Numbered from the stretch's first letter, positions 51,974 through 61,075 are shown. The stretch is DNA of 64,000 nt from an uncultured delta proteobacterium (GCA_963727625.1 CAVSHR010000004.1:1440001-1504000); one strand, 5' to 3'. Translations and numbers: made by a program. The notes: generated by a model not told the origin, from the sequence alone.

Positions 51974-54050
51974 GGAAAAGATTGGACTCCAGCATCTGGG
52001 GCGTGGAGCGAGAGTTTACGTGCGGCAGTCAACGCTGGACCAGGTGCGTCATAACCATGAGAGTCGTCGTCGGCAGTATGAATTAGCAGACCGAGCTCGC
52101 TCATTAGGCTGGAGCGAAGTGGAAGTCATCGATGAGGATCTCGGCAAATCGGCGGCGGGGAGCACCGAGCGCACGGGATTCCAGCGACTGGTGGCAGAGG
52201 TCGGTCTAGGACAAGTGGGAGCGGTGTTTAGCATCGAAGTTTCTCGTCTGGCTCGCAACAACCGAGACTGGTACCAGCTTTTGGATTTGTGTGGACTGAT
52301 GGACACGCTGATCGTGGATGGCGAGGCAATTTACGACACGCGCCAGCTCAACGATCGGCTTCTGTTGGGACTCAAGGGGACCATCAGCGAAGCGGAGCTT
52401 GGCTGGATTCGCCAGAGGGCGCAGGAAGGTCTTTTGGCCAAAGCCCGCCGCGGCGAGCTGATCTTGAGTCTTGCGGTGGGCTATGTCGAAAGCTCCGATG
52501 GTCGTGTGGAAAAGCATCCTGACCAGCGAGTTCAACAGGCGATTGCTCTGGTGTTTCAAAAGTTCTCTGAACTGCGCAGCGTGCGGCAAGTGCTATTGTG
52601 GTTCCGCCACGAAAAAATTCTTCTACCTGTGGCGCTCGATGCCAAAGCAGGAACGACGACCTGGCGGCTGCCGGTTTATAATACAATACTGAAGTTCTTG
52701 CAGAATCCATGCTACGCGGGAGCTTACGTCTTCGGGCGGACCACAGGACGCATCCGTGTTATCGATGGCAAAGCGCACAAGACGGCGGGACATCGTCGCG
52801 ATCGGCAGGATTGGATCGCGTTGCGACGCGATCACCACGAGGGCTATATTGCGTGGGAAACTTACGAAAACAATCAGCGCGCTATTGCCGAGAATGCTCA
52901 GATGAAAGGACTCATGAACCGAGGGGCCGTTAAGCGCGGCCCCAGCCTAATGGCAGGACTATTACTTTGCGGCAAGTGTGGCCGCAAAATCCATGTCGCT
53001 TACTCGGGGAGCCGTGGCCAGGTTCCACGATACTATTGTCGTGGGGCGCTGATTAATCATGGGGAGGGTGGGTGTATCTCGTTCGGTGGCCATCGTGTCG
53101 ACGAAGCGATCGAGCGAGAGGTGCTCCGCGTGCTGAGTCCTGGAGCAATTGAGGCCGCCCTCCATTCTGCAGATCAAGTGGTTGAGGATACCGATGAGAT
53201 CAGCCGGGCGGTCGAACTGGAACTTTCTCAGGCCTGCTACGAGCGAGACCGCGCACAACGACAGTACGACGCGGTAGAACCGGAGAATCGGTTGGTAGCA
53301 GAAACGCTTGAGAACCGTTGGAATCTGGCGCTGGAGCGCGTGCATCAGCTGGAACACCGGCTTGAAGAAATTAAGAGCAAGCAAAAAAATCAAGCCGTGC
53401 CGGATCGCGCCGAGCTGTTAGCTTTGGCTAAGAGTTTTCCTGCTTTGTGGTCTGATTCCGCTACGGATCATCTCATCAAAAAACGAATCGTGCGTCTGGT
53501 TATCTACCAGATTGTTGCGCGTCTGGTGGAGGATAACGTTGAGTTGGTAATCCACTGGCAAGGCGGCAAGCACACGACCCTAAGCGTGCGTAAGAATCAT
53601 ACGGGTCAACACCGTCATTCAACAAGCCGTGAAGTCGTCGACGTCGTCCGCGACCTTGCCCGCTGTCTACCCGATGGCCACATTGCCGGAGTGCTCAATC
53701 GACTGGGTTATCGAACTGGAGCAAACAATAGCTGGACGTTGTCTCGAGTTGTCAGTCTGCGAAGCCATCATAAGATCGCGGTGTTTGACCCCGAAGTCGA
53801 TGGTGTCACATCAATGACACTAGGCAAGGCCGCGGAAACGCTGGGCGTAAGTAATATGACCGTGCGACGCATGATCCAACGAGGCATTTTACCTGCTAAG
53901 CAGCCCGTAACGCATGCTCCTTGGTCGATTGCTCCCGAAACTTTGACAAGTGAACCAGTCAAGCGTGCGGTCCACGCAATCAAGCAAGGACGTGATCTTC
54001 CGCTAACAGCTTCAGACGATCAACTGGCCTTAATCAAATCAAGCACATAG
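51957..54050 (+). CDS. Large serine recombinase (resolvase + recombinase + zinc ribbon + C-terminal HTH)
   Basis: YVRQST (catalytic Ser), EVSRLARN, NPCYAGAYVFG, CGKCG..YYC and TLGKAAETLGVSNMTVRRMI. Confidence 0.93.
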   Translation: MMLMNKEKIGLQHLGRGARVYVRQSTLDQVRHNHESRRRQYELADRARSLGWSEVEVIDEDLGKSAAGSTERTGFQRLVAEVGLGQVGAVFSIEVSRLARNNRDWYQLLDLCGLMDTLIVDGEAIYDTRQLNDRLLLGLKGTISEAELGWIRQRAQEGLLAKARRGELILSLAVGYVESSDGRVEKHPDQRVQQAIALVFQKFSELRSVRQVLLWFRHEKILLPVALDAKAGTTTWRLPVYNTILKFLQNPCYAGAYVFGRTTGRIRVIDGKAHKTAGHRRDRQDWIALRRDHHEGYIAWETYENNQRAIAENAQMKGLMNRGAVKRGPSLMAGLLLCGKCGRKIHVAYSGSRGQVPRYYCRGALINHGEGGCISFGGHRVDEAIEREVLRVLSPGAIEAALHSADQVVEDTDEISRAVELELSQACYERDRAQRQYDAVEPENRLVAETLENRWNLALERVHQLEHRLEEIKSKQKNQAVPDRAELLALAKSFPALWSDSATDHLIKKRIVRLVIYQIVARLVEDNVELVIHWQGGKHTTLSVRKNHTGQHRHSTSREVVDVVRDLARCLPDGHIAGVLNRLGYRTGANNSWTLSRVVSLRSHHKIAVFDPEVDGVTSMTLGKAAETLGVSNMTVRRMIQRGILPAKQPVTHAPWSIAPETLTSEPVKRAVHAIKQGRDLPLTASDDQLALIKSST

Positions 54051-55801
54051 CGAGGTGGGCAGTATGTCACTCAATCGGGGGGCCCTAAAAAAAGCGCGTC
54101 TTCATGTTTGGCGATGAAGCCAGCCGTAGCCAGATCGAAGACCAGAGAGCGATTGAGCTTTTTGTTAAAGGCGAAGTCAAAATTCTCCAGGGTCTTCTGT
54201 GGATCACGAAACTGCGCTTGCTTTTGTCGGCGATCGAGCAGGCGGTTGGTTCTGCGCGAGAGTTCATCGCTGATCAGACAGGAGACCAGATCGATCGGCG
54301 CCATCGATTGGGCTTGGGCCTGGAGTAAGCGGGTCTCCAGCACGGCAGCGATGCCGCCCAGGCGCAGTTGTTTTAGGGCACGGTTAAGTTCAATCAGATT
54401 CATTTTGGTTCTCCTTGGTTTTGAGGTCGATAAGATCGCGATATTCGGACAATTCACGGATCAGCGGATCGACATGGCGTAGAGAGAGCTGGGGGTGGCG
54501 CTCCAGGTAGCGGCGCACGAAGCGGTAGTTCTCGACTCCCAGATCGAGGGCCGCAGCGCAGGCATCGTCGACGGCGGCCACACCATGTTTTTTGGCTAGC
54601 GCCACTACACCCAGAATGCGGCGAATGCCTGTCTCGGCTTCATTGCGAAAGATCGCCTCGCAGAGCTGACCGATGTGGGGACCGGCCTTGGCAGCGCGGG
54701 CCAACAGTTGCACGGTGGAGAGCGGAGCTTTGTTGGAGCGGTCTTCATCGTTGATGCGGTAGTTGCCTGGGAACTGACGCAGGTGTTCGCGCAAGAGCTG
54801 ATAGTTTCTCGGATCGAGGATACGGATATGCAGAGCATCCCATTGGACTTTGACCTGCCGGCCGATCCAGCCCGGTGGTAAGCCGTAGTAAGCACGCTCG
54901 ACTTCGACGCAGCCGTCGAGATGCACCACCCGCTCGCCATACTGGTAATAGCGAAACGGTTCGATCGGCAGTGGCTGCAACAACAGTTTTTCCTCGGCGA
55001 ACATGACTGCCACTTGGCGTTTGGTGGTGCCGTGGATGCGGGTATCGGCCCAGCGTTTCTCCCAGTGATCGAGATAGGCTTGGGCTTCCTCCAAGTTCTC
55101 GAAGCGCTGTCCCTTGAGCGGGGTTTTCTGCGCGTGCCCGACCCCCGACTCGACTTTGCCTTTTCGATCCGGATCTCGGACCCGGCACGGCATGGCCACC
55201 ACGCCGTAGTGTGAAAGGACATCGCGGTAGAGCGGATTAAGTGTCGGATCGTAGATGTCTGCGGCGAGCACGCCCTCGCGCAGATTGTCGAGCACCACCA
55301 CCCGCGGGCTGCCACCGAGCTGGCGAAAGGCTTTCTCGTGGAGCTCGGCCCACGTCTGAGAACTGGAGCGAAAGACCAGCAAGCGGACCGACTTGCGGCT
55401 GTAGCCCAGGGTCATGACGAACAGCCGAGTGCGTCGGTACTTGCCGCTCTTCTCCTCGCGCACCATCGGGCCGGTGCCGTAGTCGACCTGAACTTCTTCG
55501 CCAGGCGATGTCAGAATGATCCCGACGGCTTGAGGTGAGTGAGCGCCACGCAACTTACGGACGAAGCGTTTGACCGTTTGATAGCCGCCGTTATAGCCGT
55601 GGTGATCAACCAGGTCCTGCCAGATGGCCACGGCATTGCGCCCGCGGCTCAGTCCAACTTCGATGCTCTCGCGATACGGTTCACAGGCACTGGCAGTGGG
55701 CGATGGGTTGGCGGGTTGCGGTTCTGGCTTCTCCGGAGTTTGTCCTCCAGAGTCGGTGGTCACCTCATTGGCCGGTTTTGCCGCGGTCGAATTGGCCACT
55801 A

Positions 55802-56923
55802 TCAATCGTTGCAAAAGTAATGGCTATTTGTAGGTAACTGGTGTAGAGTCTACTTATGCCAAGGAAAGCAAAGAAGAAGCCGGTAAGCGTTAGAGCGCAA
55901 GTCCGTTATGAGAAGCGGCGCATGGCAGTTGAAGCCCTGAGCAAAGGAGAGCTAGCTTCAGATGTGGCTCGAGTGATGAAGATTCCGCGAAGAACGCTAT
56001 TCACTTGGATAGCTCGCTACCGGCATGGAGGCGAGCATGCCTTGCAAGACCGCCAGAAGAGCGGGCGACCTCGAAAGGCCGAGGCGAAAGTTCTGCAATG
56101 GCTTTACGACGCGATTACACTGGGCGACCCGCGGCAATACCAATTGCCATATTGCCTGTGGACGCTGGCGATCGTGCGGCGATTGTTGAAGAAGGAGCAT
56201 GGCGTGGAAATGAGCAAGAGTGGAGTGAGCCGCATGCTCAAGCATTTGGGGCTGAGCCCACAGCGGCCAATTTACAGGAGCTACAAGCGCGATCCCGAGG
56301 AGATGAAGAAGTATCTGGATAAGACGTTTCCCGGCTTGCGGGCCAAAGCAGGTCGAATGGGGGCCGCGATCTACTTTGTGGATGAGGCGTCGGTCCGGTC
56401 GGACGCTCATCGCGGAACGACCTGGGGCAAGATCGGGCAGACCCCGGAGGCCGACGACAGTGGCGACCGCTTCAGCATCCGGCTCATCAGCGCAGTCAGC
56501 CCGCGTGGGGACATGAAATTCAGCAGCTTCACAGGCAGAATGAACGGCATCCGTTTTGTGAACTTTCTCAAGAAGCTCCATGCCGATGTCGGCCGCCCCA
56601 TCATCGTCATCGCGGACAACGCCAGCTACCACACTGGCGGGGTTGTCCAGCGCTACGTGAAGCAGACTCGCGGACAGGTCACTGTGGGAAGCCTGCCCAG
56701 ATACTCGCCAGAGCTCAATCCGGACGAACAAGTGTGGAATCATGCGAAGGCAAGACTCGCCAAGCTATTCGTGGCGACTAAGGATGAGTTCAAAGCGGCT
56801 CTATCCTCGATTCTGCTCTCGATTCAAAGGTCGACTGATCTTGTCCTCTCCTTCTTTCAGCTTCCTGACACCCAGTATGCTGCCAAAGCTGTCTTCTAGT
56901 GCATATACTTATGCAATGATTGA
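55802..56923 (+). mobile_element. IS630-family element, copy B
   Basis: Same IRs as copy A; TA duplication at 55800-55801 and 56924-56925; only one difference from copy A seen (48765 T vs 56452 C, synonymous). Confidence 0.93.
55856..56899 (+). CDS. IS630 family transposase
   Basis: Protein identical to 48169-49212. Confidence 0.95.
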   Translation: MPRKAKKKPVSVRAQVRYEKRRMAVEALSKGELASDVARVMKIPRRTLFTWIARYRHGGEHALQDRQKSGRPRKAEAKVLQWLYDAITLGDPRQYQLPYCLWTLAIVRRLLKKEHGVEMSKSGVSRMLKHLGLSPQRPIYRSYKRDPEEMKKYLDKTFPGLRAKAGRMGAAIYFVDEASVRSDAHRGTTWGKIGQTPEADDSGDRFSIRLISAVSPRGDMKFSSFTGRMNGIRFVNFLKKLHADVGRPIIVIADNASYHTGGVVQRYVKQTRGQVTVGSLPRYSPELNPDEQVWNHAKARLAKLFVATKDEFKAALSSILLSIQRSTDLVLSFFQLPDTQYAAKAVF

Positions 56924-57229
56924 TAGCTCACGGGTTGGGGTTGAGACTCCTCGTCGTCCCCAACGACCTGGACCGCGCACGGCGATGCCAGCCGCTTTCA
57001 GATAGGCGCTGGCGGTCTCACGGCGCACACTGGTCTGCTGCTCGATGCGCCGCAGCGACCACCCGAGGCGCCCAAGGGCTATTACTTGTTGTTTTGTTTC
57101 TTCGCTCAAGACATTGCTCATGGCGCGCGAGCCTAAAAGGCTTCGCCACGCTGTCAATGTCTCGAACGCTTTTACCGTTGGCCGGTTTTGAAGTGACCTT
57201 TAATGGCCGGTTTTGGGTGACCGCCGAGG

Positions 57230-58389
57230 CGGGCAACAGCTATGTGACGGCTGCATTTCGTGGCTCCGCGACTTTTGGGCCGGGAGAGGCCAATGAGACT
57301 ACCCTGACGTCTGTGCCTGTGGATGAGTTCGACATTTTTGTCGCGAAGTATGATTTGAACGGCTCATTTCTCTGGGCCAAGCGAGCCGGCGGCGCAAGCG
57401 TTGACGTTGGAAATCGTATCGCGGTGGATGGTTCCGGGAATAGCTATGCAACGGGATCTTTCGTTGACATGGCGATATTTGGACTCGGAGAAACCAACGA
57501 GACCACACTGGTATCCGCCGGTGCTGGAGACATCTTTGTCGCGAAGTTTGAAGCGGGCATGCCGCTAGTGAATTGTGCGACGCAATCTCTGCAAGCCGCC
57601 GTGAATAATGCCTTGCCCGGCCAGACGATAGCGGTCACCGGCACCTGCAACGAGAACATCCTCATCCGCAACGAAAAACAGCGGCTCGCCATCGACGGCG
57701 GCGGAACCGCGACGATCAACGGGCCGAACGTCAACAGCCCTGCCCTCAACGTACGCGGCAAAGGCATCTTGATTCAGAACCTGACCATAACAGGTGGGAG
57801 TGCTGGCATTCACGTCAACCGCGGCTCGAACGCGGTCATCAACAACAACCTGATCCAAAACAGCTCCGGCAACGGCGTGCTCGTTGACGAACTCGCCTTC
57901 TCGGTCCTCACCAACAACACGATCCAAAACCATCCCGGAGCCGGTATCATGGTGAGCCAGAGCTCCTCGGCGCGGATCGGGTTTAACCTGGACGCCGAGA
58001 CCACTGCCAGTCCCAATACAATTCAGAATAACGGTACCGGAGTGCTCATAAGCCAGGGCTCCAGCGCCAGGATCGTGGGGAACACTATCTCCGGGAACTC
58101 CGGCAGCGGGGTTTATGTGCTGAGAGACGCGGTAGCGGATATTTCGAGCAACACGATCGACGGCAATGGCGCCGATGGAATCCAGATCGAGGATAACTCC
58201 ATGGTTCAGCTCGGCGCGGACATCGGGACATCGATCTTCGAAGCGGCCAACAGCACCACCTCAAACAATACCGGCTTCGGGATTCGTTGCGCCAGCGGCA
58301 GTACCATCGATGGCCGGCTCGGCAGTTTAACCGGCAATCTCGGCTCAACGAGCTTTGAACCGAACTGCATTGATGATTCGGTGCCGTGA
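57230..58389 (+). pseudogene. 5'-truncated surface protein (SBBP beta-propeller repeats plus right-handed beta-helix)
   Basis: GNSYVT, DIFVAKYD..G...WAKRAGG and IAVDGSGNSYATG, then NNTIQNN repeats; begins abruptly at the IS21 end. Confidence 0.75.
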
Positions 58390-58469
58390 TGAGGTAATTG
58401 ATGAAGAAGGACATGGGGTAGCTAAGGTCTATTGTTGCAGCATTCTTGCTCCCGGTGTAACGGCCCATC

Positions 58470-58622
58470 ATGGCCCGACGGCTAAACATCGAGTATGCCG
58501 GCGCACTTTATCACGTGACATCCCGTAGCGACCGGCAAGAAACGATCTTCGACAACGATCAGGATCGAAGCGCTTTCATGAATATCCTGGGCGAAGTCGT
58601 CTCCCGGTTTCGCTGGCGCTGA
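58470..58622 (+). pseudogene. Y1/REP-associated tyrosine transposase N-terminal stub
   Basis: MARRLNIEYAGALYHVTSRSDRQETIFDNDQDR...FRWR*. Confidence 0.75.
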
Positions 58623-58956
58623 AAGAGTTGGGGGGGGTCTCGCATAAGTTGTGCTTTATTTTTAGCGACGATCGCGTTAGGTCTTGCAGTACCGCAACGG
58701 GCGGTGCTTACTCCTGCGGGACTTTGTTGATTAACTTCCCAATCATAAAAATCTCGTAACGCCTCAACGCCAGCTCATAACCGCTGGTGGATGGTTAGAT
58801 GTAACCTTGAAACCAAGGCTAGCTCAGGACGACACTTACCTTGCCCCAACTCTGGCGAAACGAGCTATACCCTATTGATGAGAACTAAAAAGAAATTCGT
58901 TTAGTTTGTTCGTAGTTAGCGTCTGTCGTGTAGCACTGCACCAACCTGCGCATGAT

Positions 58957-59241
58957 TCACTGGATCGAAAGCCGCTTTTGGATTCTCTGGTAGACATCGC
59001 GCCGATTGATGATGGCAAAAATCAAAACCTCGGTTTTGACGACCTTGAATACTACCCGATAGTCTCCGACCCGCAGTTTCCAGTAGCCCTTCAACGTGCG
59101 CCGAAGAGGTTCGCCGTAACGTTCCGGTTCCGTGGACAAACGTGATTCGATCGCACGTTGAATGCGCTTGCTCATATCGCAGTTGAGCGCTGGAATATCC
59201 AGAGTCTTGACTTCGGGATGGTAGACGAGCGTAAAAGGCAT
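58957..59241 (-). CDS. RelE/ParE family toxin
   Basis: GEPLRRTLKGYWKLRVGDYRVVF...RRDVY. Confidence 0.9.
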   Translation of the reverse strand: MPFTLVYHPEVKTLDIPALNCDMSKRIQRAIESRLSTEPERYGEPLRRTLKGYWKLRVGDYRVVFKVVKTEVLIFAIINRRDVYQRIQKRLSIQ

Positions 59242-59256
59242 GCGATAGCGTGTTTC

Positions 59257-59487
59257 CTAGGATCCCCAGACCTGTTTATGGCTCAGCGCCCGGCGCCGCC
59301 GAAAAGTTTTTTCACGCTCCGCCGCCAGTTCCGCTAACGCGCTATCTTCTTGGCCTTCGAGCGCTTCTTTGACGAGGTCTCGGATCTTCAACGACAATGA
59401 GATGTCTTCACTTGCGGCCAAGCGTCGAACGCTGTCGTACAAGGGTTTTTCTAAGACTACATTGATTCGCGGGTTTTTTGTCGGCAT
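59257..59487 (-). CDS. RHH-family antitoxin
   Basis: MPTKNPRINVVLE...SLSLKIRDLV..ALE..ED; lies upstream of RelE; GAGGAG RBS. Confidence 0.85.
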   Translation of the reverse strand: MPTKNPRINVVLEKPLYDSVRRLAASEDISLSLKIRDLVKEALEGQEDSALAELAAEREKTFRRRRALSHKQVWGS

Positions 59488-59630
59488 GAGTTTTCTCCTC
59501 GCCGGGAAGTGTAACACTTGTGCTGCACCTTCGCAATGTTTTGCGAAGGCGCTATTCTTTGAAAAGGACACAGATATATGGCGTAAGAGCAATTAATGTC
59601 TCAACTCCGCTGCCGTTGTAACGTCCAATC

Positions 59631-59690
59631 ATGGCCCCACCTTTACGCGTCCAGTATTCGGCGTACTTTATCACGTGTCCTCCCACGGCG
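59631..59690 (+). pseudogene. Second Y1/RAYT transposase stub
   Basis: MAPPLRVQYS-(fs)-VLYHVSSHG; leader tgtaacgtccaatcATGGCCC matches tgtaacggcccatcATGGCCC at 58456. Confidence 0.55.
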
Positions 59691-60012
59691 GGCGGACACG
59701 AGCCCTAGATCACTGGCCTCGTAAACCGTCAGCCGATAACAATGGGCTAAATCGTGACTGCCTCGGTACTCGTCGGCTCCCAGACTATAGGTCTCAATCC
59801 GTAAATCTAAAAAATTACCGAAGAGTTCGGAAACATCGTCAGCGATTAGCCTTACTTTCGTCACGAGAACATTGCCAACTTCGCAATTCAATAACTCTGG
59901 CGCAATGAGGGGTTCTTTACCGTTCAAGTGTTGTTCAAGGATTTCACTCGACCCGGGTGGAGGGCTCTTCCAGGAACCACCGAAGCACGACCGACGCATC
60001 GACTACCTTCAC
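59690..60012 (-). pseudogene. VapC PIN toxin, frameshifted and 3'-truncated
   Basis: GTG 60012 gives MKVVDASVVLRWFLEE, then a frameshift into APELLNCEVGNVL...LTVYEAS. Confidence 0.75.
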
Positions 60013-60281
60013 CGGCTTTCCCGGCTTTGCCTCAACAGCTTAACGGCATCGAGCCCTTTGAGTTTAGCGGCATGCCGTTTTGTCCATTCGGTAATCTTCT
60101 CAACCGCCAAACGCAAACGTGTTTCTCGGCCTGATGTTCTGGTTTGATAATCCTGCGCTGGAACCAACACCGCGAGAGGCGTGTTGGCCCGGTAGATGGT
60201 GACGAAAGTACGCTTCTTGCTCACCAGAACGAGCACACTGCCAAACTGTTTGCGTACCTCAAGAGCGCTCATGGTTTTCAT
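60009..60281 (-). CDS. Phd/YefM-family antitoxin
   Basis: MKTMSALEVRKQFG.VL......VTI.R...PLAVLVP. Confidence 0.8.
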   Translation of the reverse strand: MKTMSALEVRKQFGSVLVLVSKKRTFVTIYRANTPLAVLVPAQDYQTRTSGRETRLRLAVEKITEWTKRHAAKLKGLDAVKLLRQSRESR

Positions 60282-60326
60282 CAGGTCTCCAGTCCATTGA
60301 TGTATTAGCTATGATAGCCATCCATG

Positions 60327-60549
60327 CTACTCGGGATCAACTCCAACCCGCTCCCGCAGCGCTTCCAGCGTCGGCGCAATCGACGTGAACTCTTTTTCCG
60401 AGAATTGAATCGCTTCGGGCTGCTTCAAACCGTGGCCGGTGAGGTTGCATACGACCGTGTCGTCGCGGCCGATCACGCCGGTGACGCGGAGTTTTTTGCG
60501 GCGGCGACGGAAGTAACGGTCGCGGGCTCGGCGAAGATGCCGGCGAGGT
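60327..60549 (-). repeat. Diverged duplicate of the threonine synthase 3' end
   Basis: Encodes LAGIFAEPATVTSVAAAKKLR...VCNLTGHGLKQPEAIQFSEKEFT...*, collinear with 61325-61548. Confidence 0.85.
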
Positions 60550-60626
60550 CTATTGTGGGACCGCCTTTCAATTGCGGATTCACCTCACATGCCCTATGAT
60601 TGTTGCAAATCTCCCGGGGTTTACTT

Positions 60627-60851
60627 TTGGCGATACATTTTAGCAGGCATGCGCGGCGCCAAATGAAATGGCGTCGTATTTCGGAAACCGAAGTCCTGGC
60701 AGTGCTTAATCATCCGGATCGAGTAGAAGAAAGCATCGACAATCGACGTAACGCCTATAAATCATTGGATAGCCGAATTTTGAAGGTCACTTATGCGGTA
60801 GAGTAAGAGGATGTTGTGGTGATAACCGTGATAGAAAAAGAAGGGATGTGA
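60627..60851 (+). pseudogene. DUF4258-family putative toxin with a premature stop
   Basis: FSRHARRQMKWRRIS..EV; TAA at 60804-60806 is followed in frame by EDVVVITVIEK. Confidence 0.7.
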
Positions 60852-60859
60852 GCACAGTG

Positions 60860-61075
60860 ATGAAGATCGAATACGATAAAAAAGTTGATGCGCTTTACAT
60901 CAGAATTCAGGAAAAAGAAGTCGCTCGGACCCAAGAGGTGTCTGATGGTGTGAATCTTGACTTCGATGGCGAGGGCCGGCTAATCGGCCTTGAAGTCTTA
61001 AGCGCTTCTAAACGATACCCCTCAGCTGATATTTTCAACCTCTCGACGGAGAATCTCATTCTGAACGACACGTAA
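60860..61075 (+). CDS. DUF2283 domain protein (putative antitoxin)
   Basis: MKIEYDKKVDALYI...LD.D..G.LIGLEVL.AS. Confidence 0.88.
   Translation: MKIEYDKKVDALYIRIQEKEVARTQEVSDGVNLDFDGEGRLIGLEVLSASKRYPSADIFNLSTENLILNDT

Larger units (their letters stand above)
51482..54079 (+). mobile_element. Large serine recombinase mobile element (2598 bp)
   Basis: Shared CGGG at both junctions (51478-51481, 54076-54079); removal restores istB; the joined ends form an imperfect dyad around GG. Confidence 0.85.
51050..54403 (-). pseudogene. istB: IS21 helper ATPase IstB, split in Walker A by the LSR element
   Basis: N-part 54403-54080 (MNLIEL...ALFLGP) plus C-part 51481-51050 (PGTGKSHLA...LIIDDLG...TSNRP...DRLLHH) reconstitute a 251-aa ORF. 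Confidence 0.9.
54390..57121 (-). pseudogene. istA: IS21 transposase IstA, split by IS630 copy B
   Basis: MSNVLSEE...TREL | VANSTAAKPAN...; QVDYG, LDNLREGV and KGKVE; removing the IS restores a 535-aa frame. Confidence 0.9.
50971..57229 (-). mobile_element. IS21-family element (about 2.54 kb core) carrying nested LSR and IS630 insertions
   Basis: Ends CCTCAATGGTCACTTCAAAACCGGCCA... and ...TGGCCGGTTTTGGGTGACCGCCGAGG, each with two CAAAACCGGCCA repeats; istA and istB inside. Confidence 0.9.

Noticed and set aside
51489-54075. Alternative LSR boundary at the GTCAC/TCA direct repeat (51493-54066)
   Set aside because: It leaves an unexplained 21-bp stop-containing insert in istB and gives an odd 3-bp dyad centre. 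The GG-core model restores istB exactly. The att-assembled ORF is in frame under either model.
51474-54075. Group II intron remnant (GTGCC...hairpin...ACTCAAT)
   Set aside because: No RT gene or domain V is present, and removal at intron-like boundaries does not restore the istB frame.
56920-57229. N-terminal extension of the 489-aa ORF
   Set aside because: It reads through IS630 and IS21 end sequence antisense to istA; genuine homology begins only after 57229.
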